Shown one piece after another: positions 7,932-17,277 of a stretch of 64,000 nucleotides of DNA. Numbering within the stretch: position 1 is the stretch's first letter; each line of letters begins with the position of its first letter. The stretch covers positions 13,748-77,747 of the forward strand of contig JAHEJN010000004.1 of NCBI GenBank assembly GCA_024638845.1. Reading direction: 5' to 3'. This DNA is from Acidimicrobiales bacterium (GTDB lineage: Bacteria; Actinomycetota; Acidimicrobiia; Acidimicrobiales; JAHEJN01). Under the pieces are notes generated by a model that saw only the letters and a program-made list of their open reading frames with translations, did not search any database and was not told where the DNA came from. A program made the position numbers and the translations under genes.

Positions 7932-8288
7932 GTGAGCGACGCCCCTCGATGGACCGATGTCGGCTCTTTCATACGAGAGCAACGACGCACGGCGGAGCTG
8001 TCACTGCGACGGCTGTCGGAGCTCGCTGGTGTCTCGAACCCCTATCTGAGCCAGATCGAGCGGGGCCTGCGCAAGCCGTCGGCCGACATCTTGAACCAGA
8101 TCGCCAAGGCGCTCCATATCTCGTCGGAGACGCTCTATGTCCGGGCCGGCATCCTCGACGAGCGCGAGTCGGGGGCCACCGGGGTCATCGAGGCCGTGAT
8201 GGCCGATCCGATCATGAGTGACGAGCAGAAGCGAAGTCTGTTGCGGATCTACGAGTCGTTCGTCGCCGAAGCCGAGCGAGAGGAGTGA
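7932..8288 (+). CDS. XRE-family helix-turn-helix transcriptional regulator
   Basis: ELSLRRLSELAGVSNPYLSQIERGLRKPSADILNQIAKAL is a canonical Cro/C1 HTH. Confidence 0.8.
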   Translation: MSDAPRWTDVGSFIREQRRTAELSLRRLSELAGVSNPYLSQIERGLRKPSADILNQIAKALHISSETLYVRAGILDERESGATGVIEAVMADPIMSDEQKRSLLRIYESFVAEAEREE

Positions 8289-8290
8289 AG

Positions 8291-9508
8291 ATGTCGACCG
8301 CCGGCCGCATCGCGATGCTGTCGCTCCACACCTCGCCGTTGGCCCAGCCCGGCTCGGGCGACAGCGGCGGCATGAACGTCTACGTACGCGAGCTGGTGGC
8401 CGGTCTGGCCCACACCGGCCTCGACTGCTCGGTGTACGTGCGTCGGTGGTCTGCGGATCTGCCCGACGAGGTGGTGATCGAGCCGGGCGTTCGCGTCGTG
8501 CACGTCGATGCCGGCCACCCCAGTCTGCAGAAGGACGAGCTGTACGACGTGGTCGACACCTTCGCCGATGGAGTACGCGCCGATCTGGTCGACCGACCGG
8601 CCGAGGTCATTCACGCCAACTACTGGTTGTCGGCGGTTGCCGGCCACCGCCTGAAGCACGAGCTCGAGCTACCACTGGTGTCGACCTTTCACACCCTGGC
8701 TCGGGTGAAGGCCGAAACCGGGGATCACGAGCCGGCCCGGCGGGCCCACGCCGAGAGCGAAGTGGTGCGCTGCTCCGATGTGATCACCGCGTCGTGTGTG
8801 CCCGAGCAGCATCAGCTCGAGCGGCTGTACGACGCACCGAGCGAGCGAATCGAATTGGTTACACCTGGTGTGGAACACGCGCTGTTCTCACCCGGCAACC
8901 AGGCCGGCGCCCGGCGGGCGCTCGGCCTGGGTACCGGTCCGATCGTGTTGTTCGTCGGTCGACTCCAGCCCCTGAAGGGCGTCGACGTCGCAGTCGAGGC
9001 GTTTGCCGCACTCGATGACCGCAACGCTCGCCTGGTGATCGTCGGGGGTGCTTCGGGAGCCGAGGGTGATGCCGAGGTCGGCCGTGTCATGGCCATGATC
9101 GACGGGCTCGACATCGGCCATCAGGTGGAGTTCCACCCACCCCAGCCGCACCATCGGTTGGGTACCTACTACCGGGCGGCCGACGTGTGTGTGGTCCCGA
9201 GCCGCAGCGAGTCCTTCGGCCTCGTGGCGCTCGAGGCCGCAGCGTGCGGACTGCCGGTGGTCGCCGCGGCCGTCGGGGGTCTCCGCACGCTCGTCGATCA
9301 CGGCCGCACCGGATTCCTGGTGGCTCGTCGCGACCCGACGCTGTTCGCGGCCTACCTCGCGGAGATCCTCGACAATCCGATCGTGGCCGCGCAGATGGCC
9401 TTCAACGCCGCCGAACGGGCTCGCCGCTACACCTGGGCGTCGACCGCTCGCCAGCTCGGCGAGGTCTACCACCGCCTGGCCGATCGGGTTCCGGTCGACT
9501 GTGTCTGA
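8291..9508 (+). CDS. mshA: D-inositol-3-phosphate glycosyltransferase (mycothiol biosynthesis)
   Basis: RIAMLSLHTSPLAQPGSGDSGGMNVYVRELVAGLA plus a GT4 C-terminal half (ESFGLVALEAAACGLPVV). ATG at 8291 follows GAGAGGAG; GTG at 8285 is also possible. Confidence 0.85.
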   Translation: MSTAGRIAMLSLHTSPLAQPGSGDSGGMNVYVRELVAGLAHTGLDCSVYVRRWSADLPDEVVIEPGVRVVHVDAGHPSLQKDELYDVVDTFADGVRADLVDRPAEVIHANYWLSAVAGHRLKHELELPLVSTFHTLARVKAETGDHEPARRAHAESEVVRCSDVITASCVPEQHQLERLYDAPSERIELVTPGVEHALFSPGNQAGARRALGLGTGPIVLFVGRLQPLKGVDVAVEAFAALDDRNARLVIVGGASGAEGDAEVGRVMAMIDGLDIGHQVEFHPPQPHHRLGTYYRAADVCVVPSRSESFGLVALEAAACGLPVVAAAVGGLRTLVDHGRTGFLVARRDPTLFAAYLAEILDNPIVAAQMAFNAAERARRYTWASTARQLGEVYHRLADRVPVDCV

Positions 9509-9976
9509 GTGCCGACCCCGTTGACCGCACCGCCACCACCGTCGACTCGCGTCGCTGTCGAGGGTCGCCTCGACGGCTGGCTGAAGCGCCAGCTCGACGA
9601 GAACCCCGCCATGGTGGGCATCGAGCGGGGCGAACCCGACGAACATCTGTGGATCGCCCGACTCGCCGGCGAGGCCAAGGAGCGCTTCGCCGTGCGGTTC
9701 ATGGTGGGACAGCGGACGATGCGGGCCGAGACCTATGTGATTCCGGTGCCCGTCCACCACCGAGAGGAAACCTACGACTTCCTGCTGCGTGCCAATCACG
9801 ACCTCTACGGGGTCGGGTTCGAGATCGGTCCCGAAGCGGGTATCTACCTGGCCGGCCAGCTCGACCTCCGTGCCGTCGACGACGACGAGCTCGACCGGCT
9901 CCTCGGCACCCTCTTCGCCGCGACCGAACGGGCGTTTCCTCGCCTCCTCCGGCTGTTCACTGCCGCGACCGGGTGA
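9509..9976 (+). CDS. YbjN-domain (chaperone-like) protein
   Basis: 155-aa ORF starting directly after mshA, as the Rv0487-type gene does in mycobacteria. The sequence is compatible with a YbjN-like fold; the call is by synteny and memory only. Confidence 0.5.
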   Translation: MPTPLTAPPPPSTRVAVEGRLDGWLKRQLDENPAMVGIERGEPDEHLWIARLAGEAKERFAVRFMVGQRTMRAETYVIPVPVHHREETYDFLLRANHDLYGVGFEIGPEAGIYLAGQLDLRAVDDDELDRLLGTLFAATERAFPRLLRLFTAATG

Positions 9977-10181
9977 TATTTCGGTAAGTATGATTGCTTT
10001 TCACACTTCGATTCACTACGGTCGAGCACGTCGTGGGGCGAACGGCCGACGTTCGTTCGGGGAAGTGCGAATCTCGATCCGGCCGCCTCACGACATCGTC
10101 GCTGTCGCTTCATCCTCGCGCCAGCCAACCCGGCACCGAACACGCAGAAGAACATTGCAGTCGTGTTACGCTGCCGGCCGG

Positions 10182-11465
10182 ATGAGTAGGGATCGGCGAC
10201 TCGGGTCGCGTCATCGTGGACTTGCCCTCGGGCTGGCCTTGGTGATTGCCTCGACCGTCGCTCCTGCCGCCCAGGCCCAGACCGGGGACATCGAGCAGGC
10301 TCGCGCCGAGCGGGAAGAGATCCGCCGCGAGCGGGCGGCCGTAGCCGCCGAGCTCGATCCTCTACTGGCCCGCGATGCCGAGCTCGAACAAGCCGTCGCC
10401 GACCTCGATGCCCTCCGTGTCCTGCAGGAGGCCAAGCTCGACGCCACCCGCCAGGCCATCACGGTGGCCGAGCAGTCGTTGGCGGAGGCCAATGTGCGTA
10501 TCGCCGACAAGCAACTCGAGATCGTCGCGCTCCGTGATCTGGCCCGGGCTCAGGCCGTGCAGGCCTATGTGCACCCCAACGGCGATGTCGTCGAACAAGT
10601 GCTACGCGCCGACGACCTCACCACCGCCGAGCGCCGCCGAGCGCTCCTGCGCAGTGTCAGTACCCGCCAGGCCGACGTGGTCGACCAGCTCAGAGCAGCC
10701 GAGGACGACCTCGAGGTTGCCCGCAACGACGTCGCCACCGCCTTGGCCGAGATCGAGGCGCGCAAGGTCGACGAGGAGAACCAGCTGGCCGAGCTCCAGC
10801 GGACCCGGGAACAGCTCGAAGAACTTCGAGCCGCGCTGGCCGAACGCATCGCAGATTTCCAGGCCGAGATCGACGGCCTCAACGAGGACGAGGCCGTCAT
10901 CACGGCCACCCTGACCTCGCTCATCGCCGAGGAGGATGCGCGCCGTCGAGCCGAGGAGGAGGCGCAGCGCCGCATCGAGCTCGAGCGTCTGCTCGCGGAG
11001 CAGACCCAGGCGCCCGATCCCCAGCAGTCGACCCCTGGAGCCGATCCGTCGCCCACGCCGGTGATCCCTCCTCCCACCCAGACCCCCCCGGCCAGCGCGT
11101 CCGGTCTGATCTGGCCCACCAGCGGCATCGTGACCTCGCCCTTCGGTCCGCGGTGGGGTCGCCTCCATCGCGGCATCGACATCAACGCGCCCACCGGCAC
11201 ACCGATCGTGGCGGCCAAGGGAGGGACCGTGGTCTCCGCCGGCGACAACGGCGGCTTCGGCCTGAACGTCATCATCGACCACGGCGGTGGGTTCGCAACC
11301 GTGTACGCGCATCTGTCGCAGCTCTCGGTGAGCGAGGGTCAGTCGGTTGCCCAGGGAGCAGGCGTCGGCCTCTCGGGCTGCAGCGGCAGCTGTACCGGTT
11401 CGCATCTGCATTTCGAGACCAGGGTCAACGGCGAGGCTCAGGACCCGATGCTCTTCCTCCCGTGA
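10182..11465 (+). CDS. Secreted coiled-coil M23 metallopeptidase
   Basis: Signal peptide (LALVIASTVAPAAQA), a long Glu/Ala/Arg coiled coil, a Pro-rich linker, then HRGIDINAPTGTPIVAA...VIIDHGGGFATVYAHLS...GSHLHFE (M23 motifs). Confidence 0.85.
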   Translation: MSRDRRLGSRHRGLALGLALVIASTVAPAAQAQTGDIEQARAEREEIRRERAAVAAELDPLLARDAELEQAVADLDALRVLQEAKLDATRQAITVAEQSLAEANVRIADKQLEIVALRDLARAQAVQAYVHPNGDVVEQVLRADDLTTAERRRALLRSVSTRQADVVDQLRAAEDDLEVARNDVATALAEIEARKVDEENQLAELQRTREQLEELRAALAERIADFQAEIDGLNEDEAVITATLTSLIAEEDARRRAEEEAQRRIELERLLAEQTQAPDPQQSTPGADPSPTPVIPPPTQTPPASASGLIWPTSGIVTSPFGPRWGRLHRGIDINAPTGTPIVAAKGGTVVSAGDNGGFGLNVIIDHGGGFATVYAHLSQLSVSEGQSVAQGAGVGLSGCSGSCTGSHLHFETRVNGEAQDPMLFLP

Positions 11466-12262
11466 CCGCGGCCTTGCGCCTCCAGTTCCTCGGCGGCGGC
11501 AAGATGGCAGAAGCATTGGTCGGTGGGTTGTTGTCGGCCGGATGGGCCGCCCCAGACCAGCTCGCGGTGGTCGAGCGTTACCCCGAGCGACGCGACTACC
11601 TGAAGACCTCAGTGCCCGGGCTCGGGGTGGCCGACGCACCCCTCGCCGCCACCCCCACTCTGGTCGCCGTGAAGCCGCAGGACATCGACGAGGCACTGAC
11701 TTCACTGCGCGGACTCGTTCCGGGCCGAGTGCTCTCGATCGCGGCCGGGATCACGACCGCTCGACTCGAAGCGGCGCTCGATCCAGGGACGGTCGTGGTC
11801 CGCTGCATGCCCAACACCCCGGCGTTGGTGGGCAAGGGAGCGTCGGCGATTGCCGGCGGAACGCTGGCCGAGGCGGACGATCTCGACTGGGCGGCGTCGA
11901 TTCTCGAAGCCGTCGGGATCGTCGAGCGGGTCGATGAACCGGCGATCGATGCCGTCACGGGCCTCTCGGGCTCCGGTCCGGCCTACGTGTTCCTGCTTGC
12001 CGAGCTGTTGGCCGACGCTGGTGTGGCCGAGGGCCTCGAGCCCGATGCCGCCATCCGGCTGGCCAACCAGACGGTGATAGGCGCGGCTCGTCTGCTCGAC
12101 GAGAGCCACCAGGAGCCAGCAAGCCTGCGGGCGAATGTGACCTCGCCCGGCGGGACCACCGCGGCGGGGCTGGCGTCGTTCGCGGCCGACGATCTCGCGG
12201 CCGTGGTCGAGCGGGCCGTTCGGGCCGCCGCGGCGCGGTCGCGTGAGCTGGGCGCCGGTTGA
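11462..12262 (+). CDS. proC: Pyrroline-5-carboxylate reductase
   Basis: VTAALRLQFLGGGKMAEALVGGL...MPNTPALVGKGASA...LSGSGPAYVF...VTSPGGTT. The GTG overlaps the M23 stop (GTGA). Confidence 0.85.
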   Translation: MTAALRLQFLGGGKMAEALVGGLLSAGWAAPDQLAVVERYPERRDYLKTSVPGLGVADAPLAATPTLVAVKPQDIDEALTSLRGLVPGRVLSIAAGITTARLEAALDPGTVVVRCMPNTPALVGKGASAIAGGTLAEADDLDWAASILEAVGIVERVDEPAIDAVTGLSGSGPAYVFLLAELLADAGVAEGLEPDAAIRLANQTVIGAARLLDESHQEPASLRANVTSPGGTTAAGLASFAADDLAAVVERAVRAAAARSRELGAG

Positions 12263-12366
12263 CCCAGGCGCGACGGCGGTTGTCCCCACGGGCCCCATCG
12301 ACCACATTGTGCCCATGGGCCCCAATGACGTAACGTGAGGGCTGTCTCTTGGAGTAGGGGTGTGAC

Positions 12367-12561
12367 ATGACTCAGTCCGTCGGACGGACGCGGTTCATGA
12401 CGGTGGCCGAGGTCGCTCAGTTGATGCGCGTCTCGACCATGACCGTCTATCGCTTGATAAAGGCCGGTGAACTGCCCTCGGTCCGCGTCGGCAAGTCGTA
12501 TCGAATCCGCGAGGACGACATCGATCGTTACCTCGCGACTCGCTATACCGAAGCGGGTTGA
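12367..12561 (+). CDS. Small excisionase/MerR-type HTH DNA-binding protein
   Basis: FMTVAEVAQLMRVSTMTVYRLIKAGELPSVRVGKSYRIREDDIDRYL. Its position after proC mirrors the mycobacterial Rv0500A arrangement. An SD (GGAGTAGGGG) precedes the ATG. Confidence 0.75.
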   Translation: MTQSVGRTRFMTVAEVAQLMRVSTMTVYRLIKAGELPSVRVGKSYRIREDDIDRYLATRYTEAG

Positions 12562-12598
12562 CCGCTCGGCTCGATGCGCCGGGCACACTTCGGTTCTG

Positions 12599-13480
12599 TT
12601 GACACACGACACCATCACCTTCCTCTCCGACTACGGCCACGCCGACGAGTTCGTCGGCGTCGTCCACTCGGTCCTGCATTCCCTGGCGCCCGATGTGCGC
12701 GTGATCGACCTGACCCACGAGATCGCCCCCTACGACGTCCGCGGTGCCGGGCTGCTCCTGGCGCGCAGCGCCCCGTACCTGAGCCCTGGCGTGGTGCTGG
12801 CCGTCGTCGACCCGGGTGTGGGAACCGAGCGTCGTGCCGTCGCCATCGAGGTCGGAGGTGGTGCCTCGGTTCTCGTGGGCCCCGACAACGGTCTGTTCGC
12901 ACCGGCCGTGGCGATGGTCGGTGGAGCCGAGCGAGCGGTCGAGCTGACCAACCCCCGGCTTCGGCTCGACGCCATGGGTACCACCTTCGACGGCCGTGAC
13001 GTGTTCGCACCTGCCGCCGCGCACTTGGCCAACGGTGTCCTCCTCGACGACCTCGGCCCCCGAATCGATACGGCCTCGCTGCTCCCGGGCACGCTCCCCG
13101 TTTCGCATGCCGACGGCGACGAGCTGGTGGCGGAGGTCTTGTGGGTCGACCGCTTCGGGAACGCCCAGCTCAACGTCGATATCGACGACATCGCGCATCT
13201 CGGTGCCGTCGGCCTCGGAGATCGGGTCGGGATTCGTGTTGGTCAGAACCGACGGACGACGGCGCTGGTTGCCAGCTTCGACGCAATCGGTACTGGCGAT
13301 TTCGGCCTCATCATCGACTCGTCGGGCCTCCTCGCCATCGTCGCCGCCCGGACGTCGGCGGCCGATGCGCTCGGCCTCGGCCCCGGGACCGAGGTGGTCG
13401 TGTCGGGGGTCGGCCGGCCCGATGGCGTGACCACCAGTGTCGAGTTCGGGCGCCGGGCCGGGAACGGAGATCACCTATGA
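12599..13480 (+). CDS. SAM hydrolase / SAM-dependent halogenase family protein (DUF62)
   Basis: TITFLSDYGHADEFVGVVHSVL...VIDLTHEI...VVDPGVGTERRAVA...VLWVDRFGNAQLN. The only plausible in-frame start is TTG at 12599 (start uncertain). Confidence 0.7.
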   Translation: MTHDTITFLSDYGHADEFVGVVHSVLHSLAPDVRVIDLTHEIAPYDVRGAGLLLARSAPYLSPGVVLAVVDPGVGTERRAVAIEVGGGASVLVGPDNGLFAPAVAMVGGAERAVELTNPRLRLDAMGTTFDGRDVFAPAAAHLANGVLLDDLGPRIDTASLLPGTLPVSHADGDELVAEVLWVDRFGNAQLNVDIDDIAHLGAVGLGDRVGIRVGQNRRTTALVASFDAIGTGDFGLIIDSSGLLAIVAARTSAADALGLGPGTEVVVSGVGRPDGVTTSVEFGRRAGNGDHL

Positions 13481-13566
13481 GACCAGGCACGACTCTCGCC
13501 TTGGCGATACTGCTCCTCGTCATCCTGGGTGCTGCGGTGCTCCAGATCTTCGTGTTGTCGCGCTGA
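13477..13566 (+). CDS. 29-aa hydrophobic micro-ORF (possible small membrane protein)
   Basis: MRPGTTLALAILLLVILGAAVLQIFVLSR. The ATG overlaps the upstream stop (ATGA). Contains some rare codons (AGA, ATA). Confidence 0.25.
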   Translation: MRPGTTLALAILLLVILGAAVLQIFVLSR

Positions 13567-13610
13567 GACGTGTCGTGGTCCTGCCCGCCAGGCGCACTAC
13601 CTTGTCGCAG

Positions 13611-15098
13611 GTGTTCCCGCCCCGACTCCGCCTACTGACCTGCGCGCTCGTCGCCGTGTTCGTGCTCGGGGCCTGCGATGTCGACATCACTGTCGACGTC
13701 GATGTCGCCACCAACGGCTCCGGCGTCGTCGAGGTTCAGGTGGTTCTCGACGAGGAGGCGGCCCAGCGCATTCCCGATCTGCAGAGCCAACTGCGTCTCG
13801 ACGACCTGATCGCTGCCGACTGGCAGATCGTCGGCCCCGACGAGACGCCTGACGACGGCATCGAGGTCAGAGCCAGCAAGACCTTCGACGGTCCCGAGCA
13901 GCTCCAGGCGGTGCTCGATGAGATCACCGGGCCCGAGGGCGCACTCCGGGACTTCACGCTGTCGCGCTCCACCGAGTTCGCCCAGGTCGACCTCGATCTC
14001 GCCGGCACGGTCGACCTCAGCCGGGGCCTGGCGCTGTTCACCGACGCCGAGCTGGTCGAGGCGCTCGACGGACGCCCGCTCGGCATCGATCTCGATGCGC
14101 TCGAGGCCGAGATCGGCCCGGCGGCCGATGCCGTCGACTTCACGTTCAGGGTGCGGCTGCCCGGCAGCACCGAGGATTCCGACGAGGGGGCCGAGGTGTC
14201 CGTTTCGCCGGCCCTCGGCGACCCGCCGGTGCCCGTCTCGCTGTCGACCACCGACGAGGACGCCCTCGCGAAGATCCTCCGACTGGTGGGTTTCGCGGCG
14301 GCGGCTCTGGCTGCGGTCGCGATGCTCATCAATGTCGTGATCTGGACCGTCGAGTGGCGGCGACGTCGCCTCGTGCCCGACATCTTGACCCCCGAGCCCG
14401 TCCGCCCGGTGCCGGCACCGATGGCCCTGGCCACCGCCGGGTCGGTCACCGGTGCGTCGCCCGGAGGCTCGGGCGGCTACGGCCGGAGCGGCCCGCGCCT
14501 GGCCCTGGTCGTGGTCGACGCCAACGGCGTGCTCTACGAGCCGATGCTCGGCCCGCTGGTCACGTTCGTGAAGGCGCGTGGTTCGACCCTCGATCGATCC
14601 GAGATCACCGCTCTCTACAACGAGGCGTGCGAGGGTCGCCGCAGCATCGCCGAGCTGTGGGCCGACGCCGGTGTGTCCGGCGACCCGGCCGAGCTCGACG
14701 TGGCGTTCCTCTCCAGCGTGCGAGTGCGCTCGGGAGCGATCGACTTCGTGCGGGAGCTTCGTCGGCGCGGCATGCACGTGGCCGCGATCGCCAACACCGT
14801 CTCGCCGTGGAGCAACGCGCTGCGAGCACGCGACGGGCTCGCCGATGTCGAGCCCTGGGTGTCCAGCAGCGATGCCGGGGTGACCAGTCCTCATCCGGGG
14901 CTGTACGAAGCGCTGCGCCGGGCCACGGGCGTGCCGTTCGAAGACTGGCTGATCATCCATGCCGACCTCGAGTCGCTCGACGCGGCCAAGACCCTCGGCA
15001 TGTCGACGGTGTGGTTCACCCGTGAGCTCCCACCGGCCAACCAGCGGCCCCCCCACGCGCTGGTGGCGGGCTTCGCCGACTTCTTCAAGCGGCGTTGA
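13611..15098 (+). CDS. LppM/DUF3153-like lipoprotein domain, TM helix and HAD-family hydrolase domain in one protein
   Basis: Lipobox VFVLGAC, an extracytoplasmic acidic domain, a TM helix (LVGFAAAALAAVAMLINVVIWTV), then an HAD-like domain (LALVVVDANGVLYEP...). GTG start lies 7 nt after a TACCTT hexamer (13598..13603). Confidence 0.6.
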   Translation: MFPPRLRLLTCALVAVFVLGACDVDITVDVDVATNGSGVVEVQVVLDEEAAQRIPDLQSQLRLDDLIAADWQIVGPDETPDDGIEVRASKTFDGPEQLQAVLDEITGPEGALRDFTLSRSTEFAQVDLDLAGTVDLSRGLALFTDAELVEALDGRPLGIDLDALEAEIGPAADAVDFTFRVRLPGSTEDSDEGAEVSVSPALGDPPVPVSLSTTDEDALAKILRLVGFAAAALAAVAMLINVVIWTVEWRRRRLVPDILTPEPVRPVPAPMALATAGSVTGASPGGSGGYGRSGPRLALVVVDANGVLYEPMLGPLVTFVKARGSTLDRSEITALYNEACEGRRSIAELWADAGVSGDPAELDVAFLSSVRVRSGAIDFVRELRRRGMHVAAIANTVSPWSNALRARDGLADVEPWVSSSDAGVTSPHPGLYEALRRATGVPFEDWLIIHADLESLDAAKTLGMSTVWFTRELPPANQRPPHALVAGFADFFKRR

Positions 15099-15133
15099 CG
15101 CCCACTGTCTCACGCTCGGTTTAGGGTCGGGTG

Positions 15134-16486
15134 ATGGCTCGAGCCAAGGTGGTCCACCGCTGTCGTGCGTGCGGCGCGCAGTCGGCGTCGTGGCTCGGTC
15201 GCTGCCCCGGATGCGACGAATGGAACACCCTCGAGCTGGTCGAGTCGCCGACACCCCTGCAATCGGTGTCGGTCATCGCCTCTCGGGTGGCACCGATCGG
15301 AGCCATCGAGTCCCCGCCGACAGTCGCCGTTCCCACTGCGGTTCCCGAGATCGATCGTGCCCTCGGTGGTGGGCTTCATCGGGGCTCGGTCACCCTGCTC
15401 GGTGGGCCTCCCGGCATCGGCAAGAGCACGCTGCTGCTCCAGCTCGCCGCTCAGGTGGCCGAGCATCGAGGAACCGTGTTGTACGTCTCCGCCGAGGAGT
15501 CGCCGTCTCAGGTGCGGCACCGGGCAGAACGGCTCGGTTGCCTGCACGAGCGACTGCTCGTGGCCTCCGACACCGATCTCGATGCCGTGACCGCAGTGCT
15601 CGAGCGCGAGGTCCCCGAGGTCGCGGTCGTCGATTCGGTACAGACGGTTGCCGATGCCTCGCTGCCGTCGGCGGCGGGGTCGGTGGTGCAGGTCCGTCAC
15701 GTCGCCCTGCACCTCAGCCGGGTCGCCAAGCGGCTCGGCATCACGCTCGTGCTCGTCGGCCACGTCACCAAGGACGGCGTCCTGGCCGGGCCGCGGGTTC
15801 TCGAGCATCTCGTCGACACCGTGCTGTCTTTCGAAGGCGATCGCACCGGCGATCTCCGCCTACTCCGAGCAGTCAAGCACCGCTTCGGGCCGACCAGCGA
15901 GGTCGGCCTGTTCGAGATGACCGCCGCGGGTCTGGCGTCGGTGGTCGATGCCAGCGGTCGGTTCCTGGCCGATCGCCGCACGGGCCAGTCGGGCTCCCTG
16001 GTCACACCGACGATGGAGGGCCAGCGACCGATGCTCGTCGAGGTCCAGGCTCTCGTCGCCCCCAACGAGGGTGGCTCGCCCCGACGCTCGGCCCAGGGCA
16101 TCGACGGCGCCCGCTTGGCCATGCTGTTGGCGGTGCTCGACCGGCGGGCCGGTCTCTCGACGGCCGCGCTCGACGTGTACGTCTCGGTGGCAGGTGGCGC
16201 CCGGGCCGCCGAACCCGCGGCCGACCTCGCCATCGCCCTCGCCGTCGCGTCCTCGGCCACCGATGTCGCCCTGCCCGGCGGGCTCGTCGCCCTCGGCGAG
16301 ATCGGCCTGGCCGGTGAGTTGCGGCGGGTGGGAGAGCTCGACCGTCGCCTGCTCGAGGCCAAGCGACTGGGCTTCGATACGGCTGCCGTTCCGGCCGGCA
16401 GCGATGTCGACGAGCCCCCCGGCATCCGTCTTCAACGGTGCTCTGACCTGTCCGACGCCGTCTGCAACTTCCTCCCTCTCGACTGA
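15134..16486 (+). CDS. radA: DNA repair protein RadA
   Basis: MARAKVVHRCRACGAQSASWLGRCPGCDEWNTL zinc finger, Walker A GGPPGIGKST, KNRFG-like KHRFGPT, Lon-like C-terminus. TAGGGT hexamer lies 6 nt upstream of the ATG. Confidence 0.9.
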   Translation: MARAKVVHRCRACGAQSASWLGRCPGCDEWNTLELVESPTPLQSVSVIASRVAPIGAIESPPTVAVPTAVPEIDRALGGGLHRGSVTLLGGPPGIGKSTLLLQLAAQVAEHRGTVLYVSAEESPSQVRHRAERLGCLHERLLVASDTDLDAVTAVLEREVPEVAVVDSVQTVADASLPSAAGSVVQVRHVALHLSRVAKRLGITLVLVGHVTKDGVLAGPRVLEHLVDTVLSFEGDRTGDLRLLRAVKHRFGPTSEVGLFEMTAAGLASVVDASGRFLADRRTGQSGSLVTPTMEGQRPMLVEVQALVAPNEGGSPRRSAQGIDGARLAMLLAVLDRRAGLSTAALDVYVSVAGGARAAEPAADLAIALAVASSATDVALPGGLVALGEIGLAGELRRVGELDRRLLEAKRLGFDTAAVPAGSDVDEPPGIRLQRCSDLSDAVCNFLPLD

Positions 16487-16487
16487 A

Positions 16488-17246
16488 TCAGCCCTGCGCC
16501 GCGTACCCGCCGTCGACGGGAATGGCCGCACCAGTCACGAAGTCCGACGCCGAGCTGGCGAGGAACACCGCGATCCCGGCCAGGTCGGCCGGCTGGCCCC
16601 ACACGCCGGCGGGGGTCCGACTCACCACCATTCCGTCGAGCTCGGGCACGGCGTCGCGCAGACCTCGGGTGAGGTCGGTGTCGATCCATCCGGGCAGTAC
16701 CGCGTTCGCCTGGATGTTGTCGGCCGCCCAACCACAGGCGATGGCCTTCGTGTACTGCACGATGGCGCCCTTGCTCGCGGCATAGGCCGGCGCGAAGCCG
16801 TGCCCGAACAGCGACATCATCGATCCGATGTTGATGATCTTCCCGCTCCCGCCCGCTCGCATGGCTGGATACGCGGCTTGGCAGCAGTAGTGCGCGCCGG
16901 TGATGTTCACGGCGAGCACGAGGGCCCACTCGTCGGGTGTGATGTCGGCCGCGCCACCACCGGCATCGACACCGGCGTTGTTCACGAGGATGTCGAGCCG
17001 CCCGAACTGCCCGAGCGTGGCCGCCATCATGGCGTCGACGGCCACCTTGTCGGCCACGTCGGTTGCTACCGCCATGGCCTGGCCCCCACGTTTCTCGATG
17101 GTCGAGACCGCCTCGGCCGACTTGTCGGGGTTGCGGGCGGCCACCACGATCGACGCACCAGCGTCGGCCAGGCCGATGGCCATGCCCAGGCCGATTCCGC
17201 CGTTGCCTCCGGTGACGACGGCCACCCGGCCAGTCAGATCGAACAC
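16488..17246 (-). CDS. SDR-family oxidoreductase
   Basis: VFDLTGRVAVVTGGNGGIGLG (TGxxxGxG), NNAG, YAASKGA. GTG start is preceded by AAAGGAG. Confidence 0.85.
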   Translation of the reverse strand: MFDLTGRVAVVTGGNGGIGLGMAIGLADAGASIVVAARNPDKSAEAVSTIEKRGGQAMAVATDVADKVAVDAMMAATLGQFGRLDILVNNAGVDAGGGAADITPDEWALVLAVNITGAHYCCQAAYPAMRAGGSGKIINIGSMMSLFGHGFAPAYAASKGAIVQYTKAIACGWAADNIQANAVLPGWIDTDLTRGLRDAVPELDGMVVSRTPAGVWGQPADLAGIAVFLASSASDFVTGAAIPVDGGYAAQG

Positions 17247-17277
17247 GGTGAGCTCCTTTCGATGGGTGTCGAAGGGA

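Noticed and set aside
12290-12324. Two GGGCCCCA octamers 27 bp apart upstream of the small HTH gene, considered as possible operator half-sites.
   Set aside because: Short GC-rich octamers recur easily by chance in this composition. The spacing is not helical-phase and no dyad symmetry was seen.
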